Part shown: in pieces, positions 36,591 through 46,198 of the stretch | Layout of the letters: each line of letters opens with the position of its first letter | Numbering within the stretch: the stretch's first letter is position 1 | Virus record (IMG/VR): IMGVR_UViG_3300049306_000006 | Coordinates: 1-64,000 of that record | DNA: 64,000 bases | From: a virus | Taxonomy: Duplodnaviria > Caudoviricetes | Strand: one strand, 5' to 3' | The notes under the pieces: generated by a model | Told to the model about the DNA's origin: nothing | The model's input: the letters and a program-made list of their open reading frames with translations, nothing else | Databases searched by the model: none | Program-made: the position numbers and the translations under genes

Positions 36591-37573
36591 TGAGTGAAAT
36601 AACTAACCAGGCACCAGACCAGCAGTTCAGCTCCCGTGAGGTGCCGTGGTTGAAGCTAGGTCGCCTCGTTGAGCAGCCCGCGACCGCGGCCGAGGCCGCC
36701 AAGCTGGCGGGGCTCGACTTCACCGTGTCGCTGCGTGACGTCGCGTGGCTCGACCCAGACAACGGCTTCTCACACGACATAACCAACCGCAAGGCCGTCG
36801 TCGCGGACGACAACGGCGACTTCATGGGGTTCGCCTCGTCGAGCGTCTACCGGCCGCTCCAGTACGCCGAAGCGTTCGACTTCATGGACACGCTCGGCGC
36901 GCCGTACGTGGCCGCCGGCGGCCTGCGTAAGCGTCGTCAAGGCTTCATGGTTGTCAAGCCGGACTTCGACTTCGATGTCATCGGCGGCGAGGACCCACAC
37001 GAGCTGTACGCGGTGCTGCGTACCAGTCACGACTGCACCCGCGGCGTCGAGGTGTCCGTCATGCCGCTGCGTAACCGGTGTATGAATCAGCTGACGCTGC
37101 GAACGTTCTCCAAGGGAGCGCGCTACCGCTGGGCGATCAAGCACACCGGCACGATGCACGCCAAGCTTCAGGAAGCACAGCAGTCGCTCTCACGCCTGAC
37201 AGCGTACGCCGAGCGCTACGCTCAGCTAGTCAGTCAGCTCGTCGAGACGGACGTCAAGCCGGAACGCGCGCGCGAGCTGCTCCAGATCGTGATTCCGCAG
37301 CCGCGGACGGGAAAGACCGAGCGGACTCACGACCAGTGGGTCGAGCGCGTCAACACGATCATGAACATGTGGCAGACGTCGCCGGCCGTCGGCTTCGCGG
37401 GTACCGGCTGGGGCCTGGTCAACGCCGTCTCGGAGTACCTCGAGTGGGGACGCGCCGGCGGTACGCCGGAGTCGCGCTTCCTAAACGCGCTGGAGGGACA
37501 GACACACAAGAAGATCAATCACACCGTTGAGCTGCTGCTCACCGATCACACTGATTTTAGTTACGTGGGTTAA
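36587..37573 (+). CDS. DUF932 (TIGR03299-like) phage/plasmid protein
   Basis: REVPW..LG, AGLDFTV, TSHD, RCMNQL, KHT, GTGWGLVNAVSEY. Confidence 0.85.
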   Translation: MMSEITNQAPDQQFSSREVPWLKLGRLVEQPATAAEAAKLAGLDFTVSLRDVAWLDPDNGFSHDITNRKAVVADDNGDFMGFASSSVYRPLQYAEAFDFMDTLGAPYVAAGGLRKRRQGFMVVKPDFDFDVIGGEDPHELYAVLRTSHDCTRGVEVSVMPLRNRCMNQLTLRTFSKGARYRWAIKHTGTMHAKLQEAQQSLSRLTAYAERYAQLVSQLVETDVKPERARELLQIVIPQPRTGKTERTHDQWVERVNTIMNMWQTSPAVGFAGTGWGLVNAVSEYLEWGRAGGTPESRFLNALEGQTHKKINHTVELLLTDHTDFSYVG

Positions 37574-37579
37574 GTCAGA

Positions 37580-37915
37580 GTGACTACCAACTGGGTGCAC
37601 CGTGCGTTCTGTCGCGGTGCCAACCCAGAGATCTTTGAGGACCCGCGAAACCAGGAGACGGCTCTAGCCTACTGTCAGCGCTGCGTCGTTCGTCCGCAGT
37701 GTCTAGCACACGCGCTGACGTTGCTACCTCACCCCGAGGGAGTCTGGGGCGGTACCACCGACGAGAAAAGAGCTCGCCTACGTCGTGGCGGACGGCGAGT
37801 AACCTGTCCCAGCTGCAGCGTGAGTGACGTCTACGCCGATGATCACAGTCAAGTCTGTGTCAGCTGCGGCCTAGCCTGGCGAATCACCTCGTCTGTGTCA
37901 ACATATCAATCCTGA
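37580..37915 (+). CDS. whiB: WhiB-family transcription factor with C-terminal zinc ribbon
   Basis: W..RAFC...CQRCVVRPQCL..GVWGGTT; extra CPSC...CVSC. Confidence 0.9.
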   Translation: MTTNWVHRAFCRGANPEIFEDPRNQETALAYCQRCVVRPQCLAHALTLLPHPEGVWGGTTDEKRARLRRGGRRVTCPSCSVSDVYADDHSQVCVSCGLAWRITSSVSTYQS

Positions 37916-37933
37916 GACACTCGCTGACGTCCG

Positions 37934-37973
37934 AACGGCCACCTGCCGATACAAACTATCGGAGGTGGCCGTT
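37934..37973. terminator. hairpin between convergent transcription units
   Basis: AACGGCCACCT..CCGATA/TATCGG.AGGTGGCCGTT. Confidence 0.75.
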
Positions 37974-37980
37974 AGAGTGT

Positions 37981-39072
37981 CTACGGTGCGACTCGCCGCA
38001 CGAGAGGGTTAGTTGTGCTGTTTTCACGCTGGAGCTGGAGCGCGTCTACCCACGTCTCCCACCAGAGCCACGCGTTACCCTCGATCGTCCACTTACGCAT
38101 GACTTCTCGACCCCGCTGCGCCAGCTCGGCACGCTGGTCTGCGTCGCTGGCGAGGACCTGCAGCTTGGTTCGCCACTCGCTCGGCGTCCGAGCCAGCCAG
38201 CCGACGCCGAGCTTGTGTAGCCGGGTGTACTCGGCGCGCGGAGAGGCGACGACGGGAACGCCGCACGCCGCGGCCTCCGCCGCCTTTAGCCAAGATTTAG
38301 ATATATTAAACTTAGTATCTGCTAACGGCGTGACGGCGACGCCGAGCGAGCTGACCGCCAGCGGCCACTCCTCGAGCTTGACGACACCCGTCGAGGCGAT
38401 CTCGAACTTCGTCGAGACGCCGAGCGCGGCGTGAACTCCGGAGATCGGACCCGCGACCTTGAAGCGGTGGCCCTCGCGCAGCAGCTGTGCCGGTGCGGCT
38501 CCCATGACCTGTAGGTCAGTCGGGTGCGAGTGTACCGAGCCCGCCCAGCCGATGACGTCCGAGTCGTTGTGTGGCACGTCGAGCAGCCGCTGAGGAACGC
38601 AGTTGTACAGCACGCGACCGGGAGACTTGCGCGCGTAGACCTCCAGCAGCGCCGGCGTCGACACCGTCACCAGCGTCGCGGCCTCACACGCGAGCGTCGT
38701 GTTCTGCCACGAGTGATCGGAGTTGCCGTTGATCGCGGGATGCAGCGCCCGAAACGCGGGGTTGGCGGGGTGGATGCACGTCAGGTCGTCATCCATGTCA
38801 ACGACCACCGCGATTCCCTTGGCGCGCATCAGGCTAATCGCGGGAACCATGTACCTGTGTGTTATTCGCTGCAACACAATGACGTCAGCGTCCTCCGGCA
38901 CCTTGACGTCAACCATGCGGTCACCCTTCATGGAAGCCTGCAGCGCGCGACCGCGTTCCTCGGGCCAGATGATCTCAACCTGGTAGCCGTCACGCGCTAG
39001 CTGGCGCGCCGCCCATATTAATCTATAGAATCCGCAGCCGTGAGCGTCAGCGGGAAAGACGTAAACCTTTAT
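37981..39072 (-). CDS. GT-B (GT4-like) glycosyltransferase
   Basis: GCGFYRL, DMDDD, IGWAGS..H, FNISKSWLKAAEAAACGVPVVAS; start codon ambiguous. Confidence 0.85.
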   Translation of the reverse strand: MKVYVFPADAHGCGFYRLIWAARQLARDGYQVEIIWPEERGRALQASMKGDRMVDVKVPEDADVIVLQRITHRYMVPAISLMRAKGIAVVVDMDDDLTCIHPANPAFRALHPAINGNSDHSWQNTTLACEAATLVTVSTPALLEVYARKSPGRVLYNCVPQRLLDVPHNDSDVIGWAGSVHSHPTDLQVMGAAPAQLLREGHRFKVAGPISGVHAALGVSTKFEIASTGVVKLEEWPLAVSSLGVAVTPLADTKFNISKSWLKAAEAAACGVPVVASPRAEYTRLHKLGVGWLARTPSEWRTKLQVLASDADQRAELAQRGREVMRKWTIEGNAWLWWETWVDALQLQRENSTTNPLVRRVAP

Positions 39073-39088
39073 GACTGCATCACCCTCA

Positions 39089-39637
39089 CTACCACAAGTG
39101 TGGTTGGCCCGCGGTACCCTGTCCGCCGCGGTACTCCCACGTGACGTCAGGAACAAAAGTAAACCGAGCACCCAGCCGGTGCAGCCTGCGGTAGAAGCCC
39201 CACTCGTCCCAGTCGGCGTCGAAGCCCGCGCGCTGCGCTAGCTCAGTGTGAACCAGGCTGGTGACGTAGATGTACGGACGCTCGTAGAGCAGCACCGGGT
39301 CAAAGGGCTGACCGATCGATTCCCAGGTCACCTGGTCACCGTTAAAAGCGCGGCACGGCGAGTAGGCGACGTCGGCGCCAGCGTCGCTGGCGGCGCGCGT
39401 CAGCTTCTCGACGTGATCGTCGTACCAGACGTCGTCGTCGTCTAGGAAAGCAACCCACTCCGTTCGCGCGCCGGCCAGCGCGCGGGTCCGCGTCGTCGCC
39501 GAACCCTCACGCCGGTGATCGATCGCGACGCTGAGCGCCGTCACCGGTCGCGTCTGGCTCAGGACGCTCGCGATCGCCCGCTGCAGCTTCTCGGCTCGCA
39601 CCGGTATGTGAGGAATTACCGCGGTGACGTCTACCAC
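39089..39637 (-). CDS. GT2 glycosyltransferase
   Basis: VTAVIP, SVLSQT, WVAFLDDDD, DEW. Confidence 0.85.
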   Translation of the reverse strand: MVDVTAVIPHIPVRAEKLQRAIASVLSQTRPVTALSVAIDHRREGSATTRTRALAGARTEWVAFLDDDDVWYDDHVEKLTRAASDAGADVAYSPCRAFNGDQVTWESIGQPFDPVLLYERPYIYVTSLVHTELAQRAGFDADWDEWGFYRRLHRLGARFTFVPDVTWEYRGGQGTAGQPHLW

Positions 39638-40221
39638 CGGTCACCCCGTCCGGACGTGTTGTACTGGCCGTGGTGCCAGATCCAGGTGACCTCGGGCACG
39701 TGAAGGAAGCGCGCTCCGATCTCCAGCAGCCGCAGGTAAAAGCCCCAGTCGTCGTAGTCCGAGTCGAGCGCGTGCCGCGGCGGACCGAACAGCGCCTGCT
39801 TGGCCATGTTGGCGTGTACCAGGGACGTCACCGGGATGTACGACCTCTGGCGCAGCAGGTCGGGATCAAACGTCTGACCGAAGCGTCCCCACTCCTCGCG
39901 CAGCGGAATTGCGTTGTTTCGCTCGTCGACGACGCGGCAGCCAGTGTAGACGACCGTGGCGCCCTCTCGCTGAGCGTAGCGCACTAGCGTCTCGAGGTGG
40001 TTCGGCAAGAACTCGTCGTCGTCATCGAGGAAGGCAACCCACGTCGTCGAAATGTGGTAGAGCGCGCGGTTGCGCGTAATCGCTGAGCCGTCGTGCCGCT
40101 TGTCGAACGCGATGACGACGTTCTCCGGCTGGAGCGTCTGCGCGGTGACGCTCGCGACCGCGCGGCCGAGCTCGAAGGTCCGCACCGGAATGTGCGGTAT
40201 GACGACGGTCACGCGATCCAA
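39631..40221 (-). CDS. GT2 glycosyltransferase
   Basis: VTVVIP, TRNRAL, WVAFLDDDD, YDDW. Confidence 0.85.
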   Translation of the reverse strand: MDRVTVVIPHIPVRTFELGRAVASVTAQTLQPENVVIAFDKRHDGSAITRNRALYHISTTWVAFLDDDDEFLPNHLETLVRYAQREGATVVYTGCRVVDERNNAIPLREEWGRFGQTFDPDLLRQRSYIPVTSLVHANMAKQALFGPPRHALDSDYDDWGFYLRLLEIGARFLHVPEVTWIWHHGQYNTSGRGDRW

Positions 40222-40227
40222 CGTAAG

Positions 40228-40569
40228 CTACCGCCTCTCTGACCACGGTAGCGCAAGGCCGTCGTTTTCTCTGCGCGGTACCAGGTGAATGTGTAGGTGA
40301 AACACCGACTGAGTAGCGGCCTCACCCTTTGACGTAATTAAGTTTACGTCTCCGCCGACTCGACGCGCGTACTGAAACGCGGCGTGCGTCGCGTCGATGG
40401 TAGCTAGCCAGTCGGTCGTGAAGTCGATGACGTGCTTCTTAGGCAGTACTATGACGTGACCGCTCGTCACCGGGTTCAGCGGTACAATCACCAGTACGCG
40501 GTGAGCGTCGTACAAGACTTCGGCCGGTTCATCACCGGTCACGATTCGACAAAACACGCAGTCGCTCAC
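40228..40569 (-). CDS. HIT family nucleotide hydrolase
   Basis: DCVFCRI, PLNPVTSGH, QSVFHLHIHLVPR. Confidence 0.9.
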   Translation of the reverse strand: MSDCVFCRIVTGDEPAEVLYDAHRVLVIVPLNPVTSGHVIVLPKKHVIDFTTDWLATIDATHAAFQYARRVGGDVNLITSKGEAATQSVFHLHIHLVPRRENDGLALPWSERR

Positions 40570-40570
40570 T

Positions 40571-41137
40571 TCACCACCTCGTCGGTAATCCGCTGGTATT
40601 ACCCGCATGCCCCCTGTAGAACCAGGTCACCTCACCAGTACCGACGAACTTACCACCCGCCGCCGAGCAGCCGAGGATGAAGCGCCAGTCCTCCTGCGGC
40701 AGCGTCCAGCCCTCGGGGTGATCGGTACAGAACTTTACCTCTTGTGCCAGCTCGGTACGAACCAGCAGCGTCATCGTTGTGTGGTGCGGCTCCGCTGGGT
40801 TGAACTGGCGACCTCGGTGCGTCGGAAACGGGTTGTTACCGTCGAACCACGAGTATCCGACGTCAGCCTCGTGCTCGTACACGAGCCTCAGCAACGTTTC
40901 GATGTGACTTGGGTAGAAGTAGTCGTCGTCATCCAGGAAGGCGACCCACTTGGTGAGGACTCCGTTGAGCGCACGCTGGCGAGTGACGGCCGCGCCGTTC
41001 TTGTCGACGTCCAGCGCGCACGAGATGCCGCCGCTCGGCGGAGACGTCTGCGCGCGCACGCTGTCGCAGGCCGCCTGCAGCAGGCCGTTCGTGACACGCG
41101 GAGGTATCGCTGGCAGCGCGACCGTCACGTCATTCAC
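40571..41137 (-). CDS. GT2 glycosyltransferase
   Basis: WVAFLDDDD, QEDW. Confidence 0.85.
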   Translation of the reverse strand: MNDVTVALPAIPPRVTNGLLQAACDSVRAQTSPPSGGISCALDVDKNGAAVTRQRALNGVLTKWVAFLDDDDYFYPSHIETLLRLVYEHEADVGYSWFDGNNPFPTHRGRQFNPAEPHHTTMTLLVRTELAQEVKFCTDHPEGWTLPQEDWRFILGCSAAGGKFVGTGEVTWFYRGHAGNTSGLPTRW

Positions 41138-41181
41138 GACTCAGACACCTCGCTGTCGTTAAAGCTGTCCACGTGCCTACT

Positions 41182-41697
41182 CTAACCTCTCGCTAGGGCG
41201 CCGACGGCGCACTGCCACGTCGGTCGCGCGTCGGCGACCGGCCAGAGCAGCGCGACCTCATCCATGTTCATAGGAGTGACGCTCGACCAGCCCGTGTTCT
41301 CCAGCAGCTCGACCAGCCGGTGCTCGGTACACTCCCACAGGTGAACGTCTCCGGCCCAGCGTCCCGCGCCGAAGCGCAGCGAGTCCAGCGTGGCGCCGAA
41401 GGCGTCCGAACCCGTCTCGCCGAGCAGCTGGCGACCGCGCTCGACGTCGGGCCCCACGAGCATGATCGCACCGTTGAGAACCACGCAGTCTCGCAGCCGC
41501 GCCAGCAGTCGCTCGGCGTCGTCGATCGTCAGGTGCTCTAGGACGTGTCCCGCGTAGACGCGCTCGACGCTACCCGTCGGCCACGGCAGCTCACTAGTCA
41601 GGTCGACTCGCTGGTCCGCGCGGTGCGGCATCGTCCACAGGTCGACGTTGAGCCAGCCGTCAACGTACCTATCACCGCAACCGAGATTAAGCTGCAC
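41182..41697 (-). CDS. class I SAM-dependent methyltransferase
   Basis: LNLGCG, WLNVD, HVLEHL. Confidence 0.85.
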   Translation of the reverse strand: MQLNLGCGDRYVDGWLNVDLWTMPHRADQRVDLTSELPWPTGSVERVYAGHVLEHLTIDDAERLLARLRDCVVLNGAIMLVGPDVERGRQLLGETGSDAFGATLDSLRFGAGRWAGDVHLWECTEHRLVELLENTGWSSVTPMNMDEVALLWPVADARPTWQCAVGALARG

Positions 41698-42924
41698 CTA
41701 GCCTCCTATCGCAGTAGGTACGGGAATCGGTACGACCCAGCGGCCTCCGTTGTCGGTGAACGAGCGCTCGCTCCGCGTAATGTGTTGCGCGTAGTTCCAC
41801 GCCAGCAGCAGGTACGTCGTTCGCGCCGCGACGCTCGCGTACAGCTCTCGCGGCGCTCTGATCTCGAGCCCGGTTCCCGGAATGAAGCGTCCCTGCTTGG
41901 CCACCGTCGTGTCGACGACGTGACTGAGAGCGTTCGAACCGAGGTCACAGAAGTTCAGCAGCGTCGTCGCCTTGGCCGGCGCACCGTAACCGATGACGAT
42001 TCGTCCCGCCTCCCGCTCGGCGTAGACCAGGTCGTTCAGCCGTTGGCGGACACGCTCGACGCGTCCCTGGAACCCGTGATAGGTACTCTCGTGTCGCAAC
42101 CACTCCTCCGAGTCCTCGACGTGCTGTACCCGGTTGAGCTCGGAGCGAGCGTGCCGCAGCGTCACGCGCAGCGAGCCCGACTGACGCTCGGTCAGTCGAA
42201 CTCCGACGACGTGTAGCCCCCACCGGAGCGCGGCGCGCTTGAGGCTCGTCAGCGAGAAGAAGTTACGGTGCTCGTGGTAGACCAGGTCGAACGCGTTCGA
42301 CACCAGCAGGTCCGGCAGGTACTGGACCTCGACGAAGGCGACTCCCGATCCAGCTAGCAGGTTGCTGACGCCCTCCAGAAAGTCAGAGACGTCCTCGACG
42401 TGGGCGAGGACGTGATTAGCTATGATGACACCGGCGTGGCCGTGGCTGCCGACCAGCTCACGAGCCCGCGTCGCGGTGAACGGCTTCTCGACGACCTCCA
42501 GGCCGCGCTCGCGCGCCGCCGCGACGGGTCCGCTGGCCGGATCGACTCCGAGCGTCGGACAGCCCTCGGTGTGAAAGTGACGTAGCATGTCACCGTCATT
42601 ACACCCGAGCTCGACGACTAGTCGGTGTGCGCAGTCCGCGTAGTCTGACTTCAAGATCCACTTTGCGTAGTCCTCGTGATAGGCGGACAACGGTGCCGAG
42701 GCCGACGAGTAGAACGAGTAGCCCGTCCCAAACAGCGTGCGCTGGTCGACAACCTCGAGCAGCTGGACCAGCCAGCAGCCCGTACAGACTGCCAGCTGGA
42801 GCGGGTGGTAACCGGTGACGTCACCGGCCTGAGCGGTGTAGGCGTCGGCGATCGGCGACGCACCTAAGTCGAGAAAGACTCGCAAGTCGTCGTAGCCGCA
42901 GGCGCTGCACTTAGTTCGCTTCAC
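41698..42924 (-). CDS. NDP-hexose C-methyltransferase
   Basis: CSACG...LDLG..P.AD...CTGCWLVQL zinc domain, ELGCNDG, NHVLAHV, YHEH, GYGAPAKATTLLNF, LLLAWNY. Confidence 0.9.
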   Translation of the reverse strand: MKRTKCSACGYDDLRVFLDLGASPIADAYTAQAGDVTGYHPLQLAVCTGCWLVQLLEVVDQRTLFGTGYSFYSSASAPLSAYHEDYAKWILKSDYADCAHRLVVELGCNDGDMLRHFHTEGCPTLGVDPASGPVAAARERGLEVVEKPFTATRARELVGSHGHAGVIIANHVLAHVEDVSDFLEGVSNLLAGSGVAFVEVQYLPDLLVSNAFDLVYHEHRNFFSLTSLKRAALRWGLHVVGVRLTERQSGSLRVTLRHARSELNRVQHVEDSEEWLRHESTYHGFQGRVERVRQRLNDLVYAEREAGRIVIGYGAPAKATTLLNFCDLGSNALSHVVDTTVAKQGRFIPGTGLEIRAPRELYASVAARTTYLLLAWNYAQHITRSERSFTDNGGRWVVPIPVPTAIGG

Positions 42925-43081
42925 ACGTGATCCTTCGATCCGCTCGACAAGATTGTGTAAAGCGGTACGCGGCCGGTACGACGCCGGTTAGGTATCGACG
43001 TCGTGCCCTCCAGCGTCCCGTTCCCCGGTGACAGCCGAGAAAAAACCACGATTTCCACAAGAACCACACCAGCGCTCTCAC
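42911..43081 (-). CDS. small hypothetical protein
   Basis: GTGA-coupled ORF filling the gap. Confidence 0.4.
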   Translation of the reverse strand: MRALVWFLWKSWFFLGCHRGTGRWRARRRYLTGVVPAAYRFTQSCRADRRITCEAN

Positions 43082-43713
43082 GTGCCTAGTCCCCACTTTC
43101 GTCGTACGCGCTCGTCGGCGCGCAGCCACTCCCGGTGACTCTCCGGAGACTTAAAACCGACGTCGGTGTGATGAAACGTGTCGACGTCCGCGACGTACGA
43201 CTTCATTCCGGCGGCGCGTACCTGCAGCGCGATCTCGTCGTAGCCGTGAAAACCGGGCACCTCGTCGAAGCGTAAGTTATCGATCGCCCACGGAGAGAAA
43301 GCTAGCAGGCTTCCCTCGAGCAGGTCGACGTAACCGGTGCGCTGACCGAAGTCGATTAGCCCTGAGTTGATCCGCTGGTGTCCGACGGGCGAGTCGTTCC
43401 ACCACGCTAGTCCCTGGCTGGCACCGCCGCCGACAACTCCGACTAGCGCTACGTCCGGTTGCCTCAGCGCCGCGAGAAGCTTCTCTTCAGCGCGTGGATC
43501 GATAACCTCTAGGTCATCGTGAAGCAGAACTAGCGCGTCGGGTAGGTAGCTGGAGTGCGCGTCGAGCACGGTGTTGTAAGCCTCAGCGATCGACGCTTGA
43601 TCTGTCACTACAACGACTGAGCTGTTCTTCGGAACACAGGGCTCGACATAACTGTGAAATTTGTCCCACGAACCCACGCAGCAGCCGTAAACTACCACGG
43701 CACCGAACCCCAC
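43078..43713 (-). CDS. GT-A glycosyltransferase-like protein
   Basis: SIAEAYN, LVLLHDD, FDE..GFHGYD. Confidence 0.8.
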   Translation of the reverse strand: MGFGAVVVYGCCVGSWDKFHSYVEPCVPKNSSVVVVTDQASIAEAYNTVLDAHSSYLPDALVLLHDDLEVIDPRAEEKLLAALRQPDVALVGVVGGGASQGLAWWNDSPVGHQRINSGLIDFGQRTGYVDLLEGSLLAFSPWAIDNLRFDEVPGFHGYDEIALQVRAAGMKSYVADVDTFHHTDVGFKSPESHREWLRADERVRRKWGLGT

Positions 43714-44387
43714 TTTCGCGTGAACGTCTCGCGGTCGCGTCCGGCCTGCTCAGCCAGCGCGCCGACGGTTGTGGAGTTGGCTAGTAGATTTTTTGTGGTG
43801 TAACCGGGGAGCAGCAGCACACCGCCAGATTGAATAGCAATATATTCAAAATCATTATCTCCGTACCACCACCGAAAGTCCTCGTCAGCGCGCAGGCCGA
43901 GCTCACCGCGAACGACGAACGCCCACGGACACATACGTGTTATGATGTTGTCGTCGGGTCGTGTCTTGAGCAGCGGCTCAGTCACGTTGCCGTACGCGTA
44001 CGTGCAGGCGACGGCGGGCTTGCGTTCACGTCCCGGACCCTCGAGGGCGTGACAAACGTAGGCTAGCCAGCCGGTAGGCAGCTCGGTGTCGTCGTTCAGC
44101 ACGACGACGTTCCACGCTCTCTCGCCGAGAATCCTCGCCGTCTGTTCGATGACGGCGAAGCCGCGGTTCCACAGCGCGTACAGGTTCGGCGGGCTCTCGT
44201 CCTCGCGAATCACCGTGGCGCTCAGGCCCGTCTGCGCGCGAAACCACAGCGCTGACAAGACGGGCTCGGTGTCGTTGTCGATGACGATGACGTGTGTGCA
44301 GCCCTGCTCGCGTAGGTTCTTTACCAGCGCCGTCACCAGCTCGGTTCGGTCGTGCGTCGGAATGATCGCGTAGCTAGGCACCGTCAC
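43692..44387 (-). CDS. GT2 glycosyltransferase
   Basis: IIPT, VIDN, WNRG, VLNDD, DEDFRWWYGDND; likely start GTG 44387. Confidence 0.8.
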   Translation of the reverse strand: MTVPSYAIIPTHDRTELVTALVKNLREQGCTHVIVIDNDTEPVLSALWFRAQTGLSATVIREDESPPNLYALWNRGFAVIEQTARILGERAWNVVVLNDDTELPTGWLAYVCHALEGPGRERKPAVACTYAYGNVTEPLLKTRPDDNIITRMCPWAFVVRGELGLRADEDFRWWYGDNDFEYIAIQSGGVLLLPGYTTKNLLANSTTVGALAEQAGRDRETFTRKWGSVPW

Positions 44388-44450
44388 GAGGTCTACCGTA
44401 GCACGTCGGTGAGTCCGCGAGAACGAGGACCGTGGCTCTCGGCTTAGCAC

Positions 44451-45125
44451 CTAGAATGATGCGATCTCGTGCACGATACTAAAACGGATCTGGTCCGTAG
44501 CTGTCCACGCGTGCGGCACGTTAGCACCGACGTCACCGTTGGGGGTGTTAGTCACGAAGTACTGATCCAGACCCGACGACACGTTAACGATACCGGCCCG
44601 GTTGGCGGTACCGTTGTCTAGCATGTAGCACGCGCCGGTGGCGGTGACGCCGTCGCTCGAGGCGGCGAACGGCGTCGACCACAGGTAACGACCCGTCCCC
44701 TGGTTTGAGCCCGCGCCCCAGAGCGTCAGCACCTCGACGGCGATCGTGCGGTAGCCGACCTTCAGCCAGCGCCCCGTCACCGAGCCGTCACCGACGTCGG
44801 GAGCTACGCCCGTAGAGGTAAACACAGGAGAGTACGTAGTCCAGCCGGGCTGCTCGCTCAGTGAAGCGATCACGTAGTTTCCGCTCGGCGGCACGACCAG
44901 GACCATCACACGCTCGCCGACGGCGACGTAGCCGATCAGTGACGTCAGCGGCACCGGCGTCGCCGCCTGGCCGAGGACGCCGTCACCGTCGAAGTTACCC
45001 AGCGGCGTAACCGCGCTCGCTGTGACTATCGTCGCGGGACGCAGGCTCCACGCGCTGGGCCGCTCGACGCTCTTAGCGTCGAGGACACCGCTTACCACCA
45101 GCTCGGTGAAGTCGGGAGTCGTCAC
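44451..45125 (-). CDS. minor tail protein
   Basis: GTGA-coupled to the upstream tail gene; OB-like N-terminus and WTTYSP beta-rich C-terminus. Confidence 0.7.
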   Translation of the reverse strand: MTTPDFTELVVSGVLDAKSVERPSAWSLRPATIVTASAVTPLGNFDGDGVLGQAATPVPLTSLIGYVAVGERVMVLVVPPSGNYVIASLSEQPGWTTYSPVFTSTGVAPDVGDGSVTGRWLKVGYRTIAVEVLTLWGAGSNQGTGRYLWSTPFAASSDGVTATGACYMLDNGTANRAGIVNVSSGLDQYFVTNTPNGDVGANVPHAWTATDQIRFSIVHEIASF

Positions 45126-46198
45126 GAGTACACCTTTCGGAGCGTGTTTGACATCGGTGCTCCCGCGCTGAGCGGTAGGCTCCACGCGACCTCTACCCAG
45201 CGCTCTCCCTGCCACAGCACCACGTCGTACGAGTCGTGACGTGGGTCAGCCAGCGTCGTGAGCGTCACCTGCTCGACGAGCGTCTGCGCCTGCGCCAGGT
45301 TAGCCGCGATCAGCCCCGCCTGCGCCGACGAGAACACCTGTCGGTTGCTGACCTCCGGCACGACGAAGCCGCGGTTCTGGATCGAGTGCGGCGCGCTGGA
45401 GGGCACGTCGGCGACTCCGACGACCGGTCCGTCGAACGAGCTCGCTCCGTTGCCGACGACGATGAAGCGGTTGGGTGCGTTGATCAGGTTGTCGCTCTCT
45501 ACGATACCAGCGCGCAGGACGAAGTTCTGGTGATCGAAGTCGAACGACGGCAGCTCGTGTCTCGGATCGACCGGTCGCTTGAATCGCAGGACCGAGTCGT
45601 TGTCGAACCACGGGCTCAGGTAGTCGCCGTCCAGCGCCAGCTGCTCGATGATTGAACCGCCGCGCGCTCCGACGCTCCACGCACCTAGGCTGATGAACGG
45701 CGTAGGTTCGACCTGAAAGCTGACCGAAAAGCGTGACACAAACCGCTGGAGCAGCGACGAGACCAGCTCACCGTTGACGGTGTTGGCGCCGAATGACGTA
45801 GACGTCTGCTGGTCGATGATAAACATCTCGTCGTAGAACGACGCGCTGGACGTCGTGCCGCCGGTGCTGACGAAGCGCGCCCAGTCGGACGGCACGTAGC
45901 GCCCAAGAAAGAACTCGCTCTCCCGAATTATCATGAACAGCTCCAGGCGTGACGAGACGCTGTTGAACGCCAGCGTGTCCTCACGATCGAGCAGCAGTCC
46001 GCTGATCGTGCGCTTGATCGTTCGCTGTGTGTCGTGCGCGAGGGTCGCGCTGAGTTTACGCAGCGGGTGAACCTGGCGCCGGTAGCCCGTCACCGCGTCG
46101 ACGATGTCGAACCGAAACGAGATCGCACGCTGGCCGACGGCGCCCGTGATATCCAGCTCAGCGTGTTGAAACTTAGTTAAGTGCGTCACGGATCTCAC
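45122..46198 (-). CDS. minor tail (hub-like) protein
   Basis: Position; PNRFIVV, DPRHDSYDVV. Confidence 0.7.
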   Translation of the reverse strand: MRSVTHLTKFQHAELDITGAVGQRAISFRFDIVDAVTGYRRQVHPLRKLSATLAHDTQRTIKRTISGLLLDREDTLAFNSVSSRLELFMIIRESEFFLGRYVPSDWARFVSTGGTTSSASFYDEMFIIDQQTSTSFGANTVNGELVSSLLQRFVSRFSVSFQVEPTPFISLGAWSVGARGGSIIEQLALDGDYLSPWFDNDSVLRFKRPVDPRHELPSFDFDHQNFVLRAGIVESDNLINAPNRFIVVGNGASSFDGPVVGVADVPSSAPHSIQNRGFVVPEVSNRQVFSSAQAGLIAANLAQAQTLVEQVTLTTLADPRHDSYDVVLWQGERWVEVAWSLPLSAGAPMSNTLRKVYS

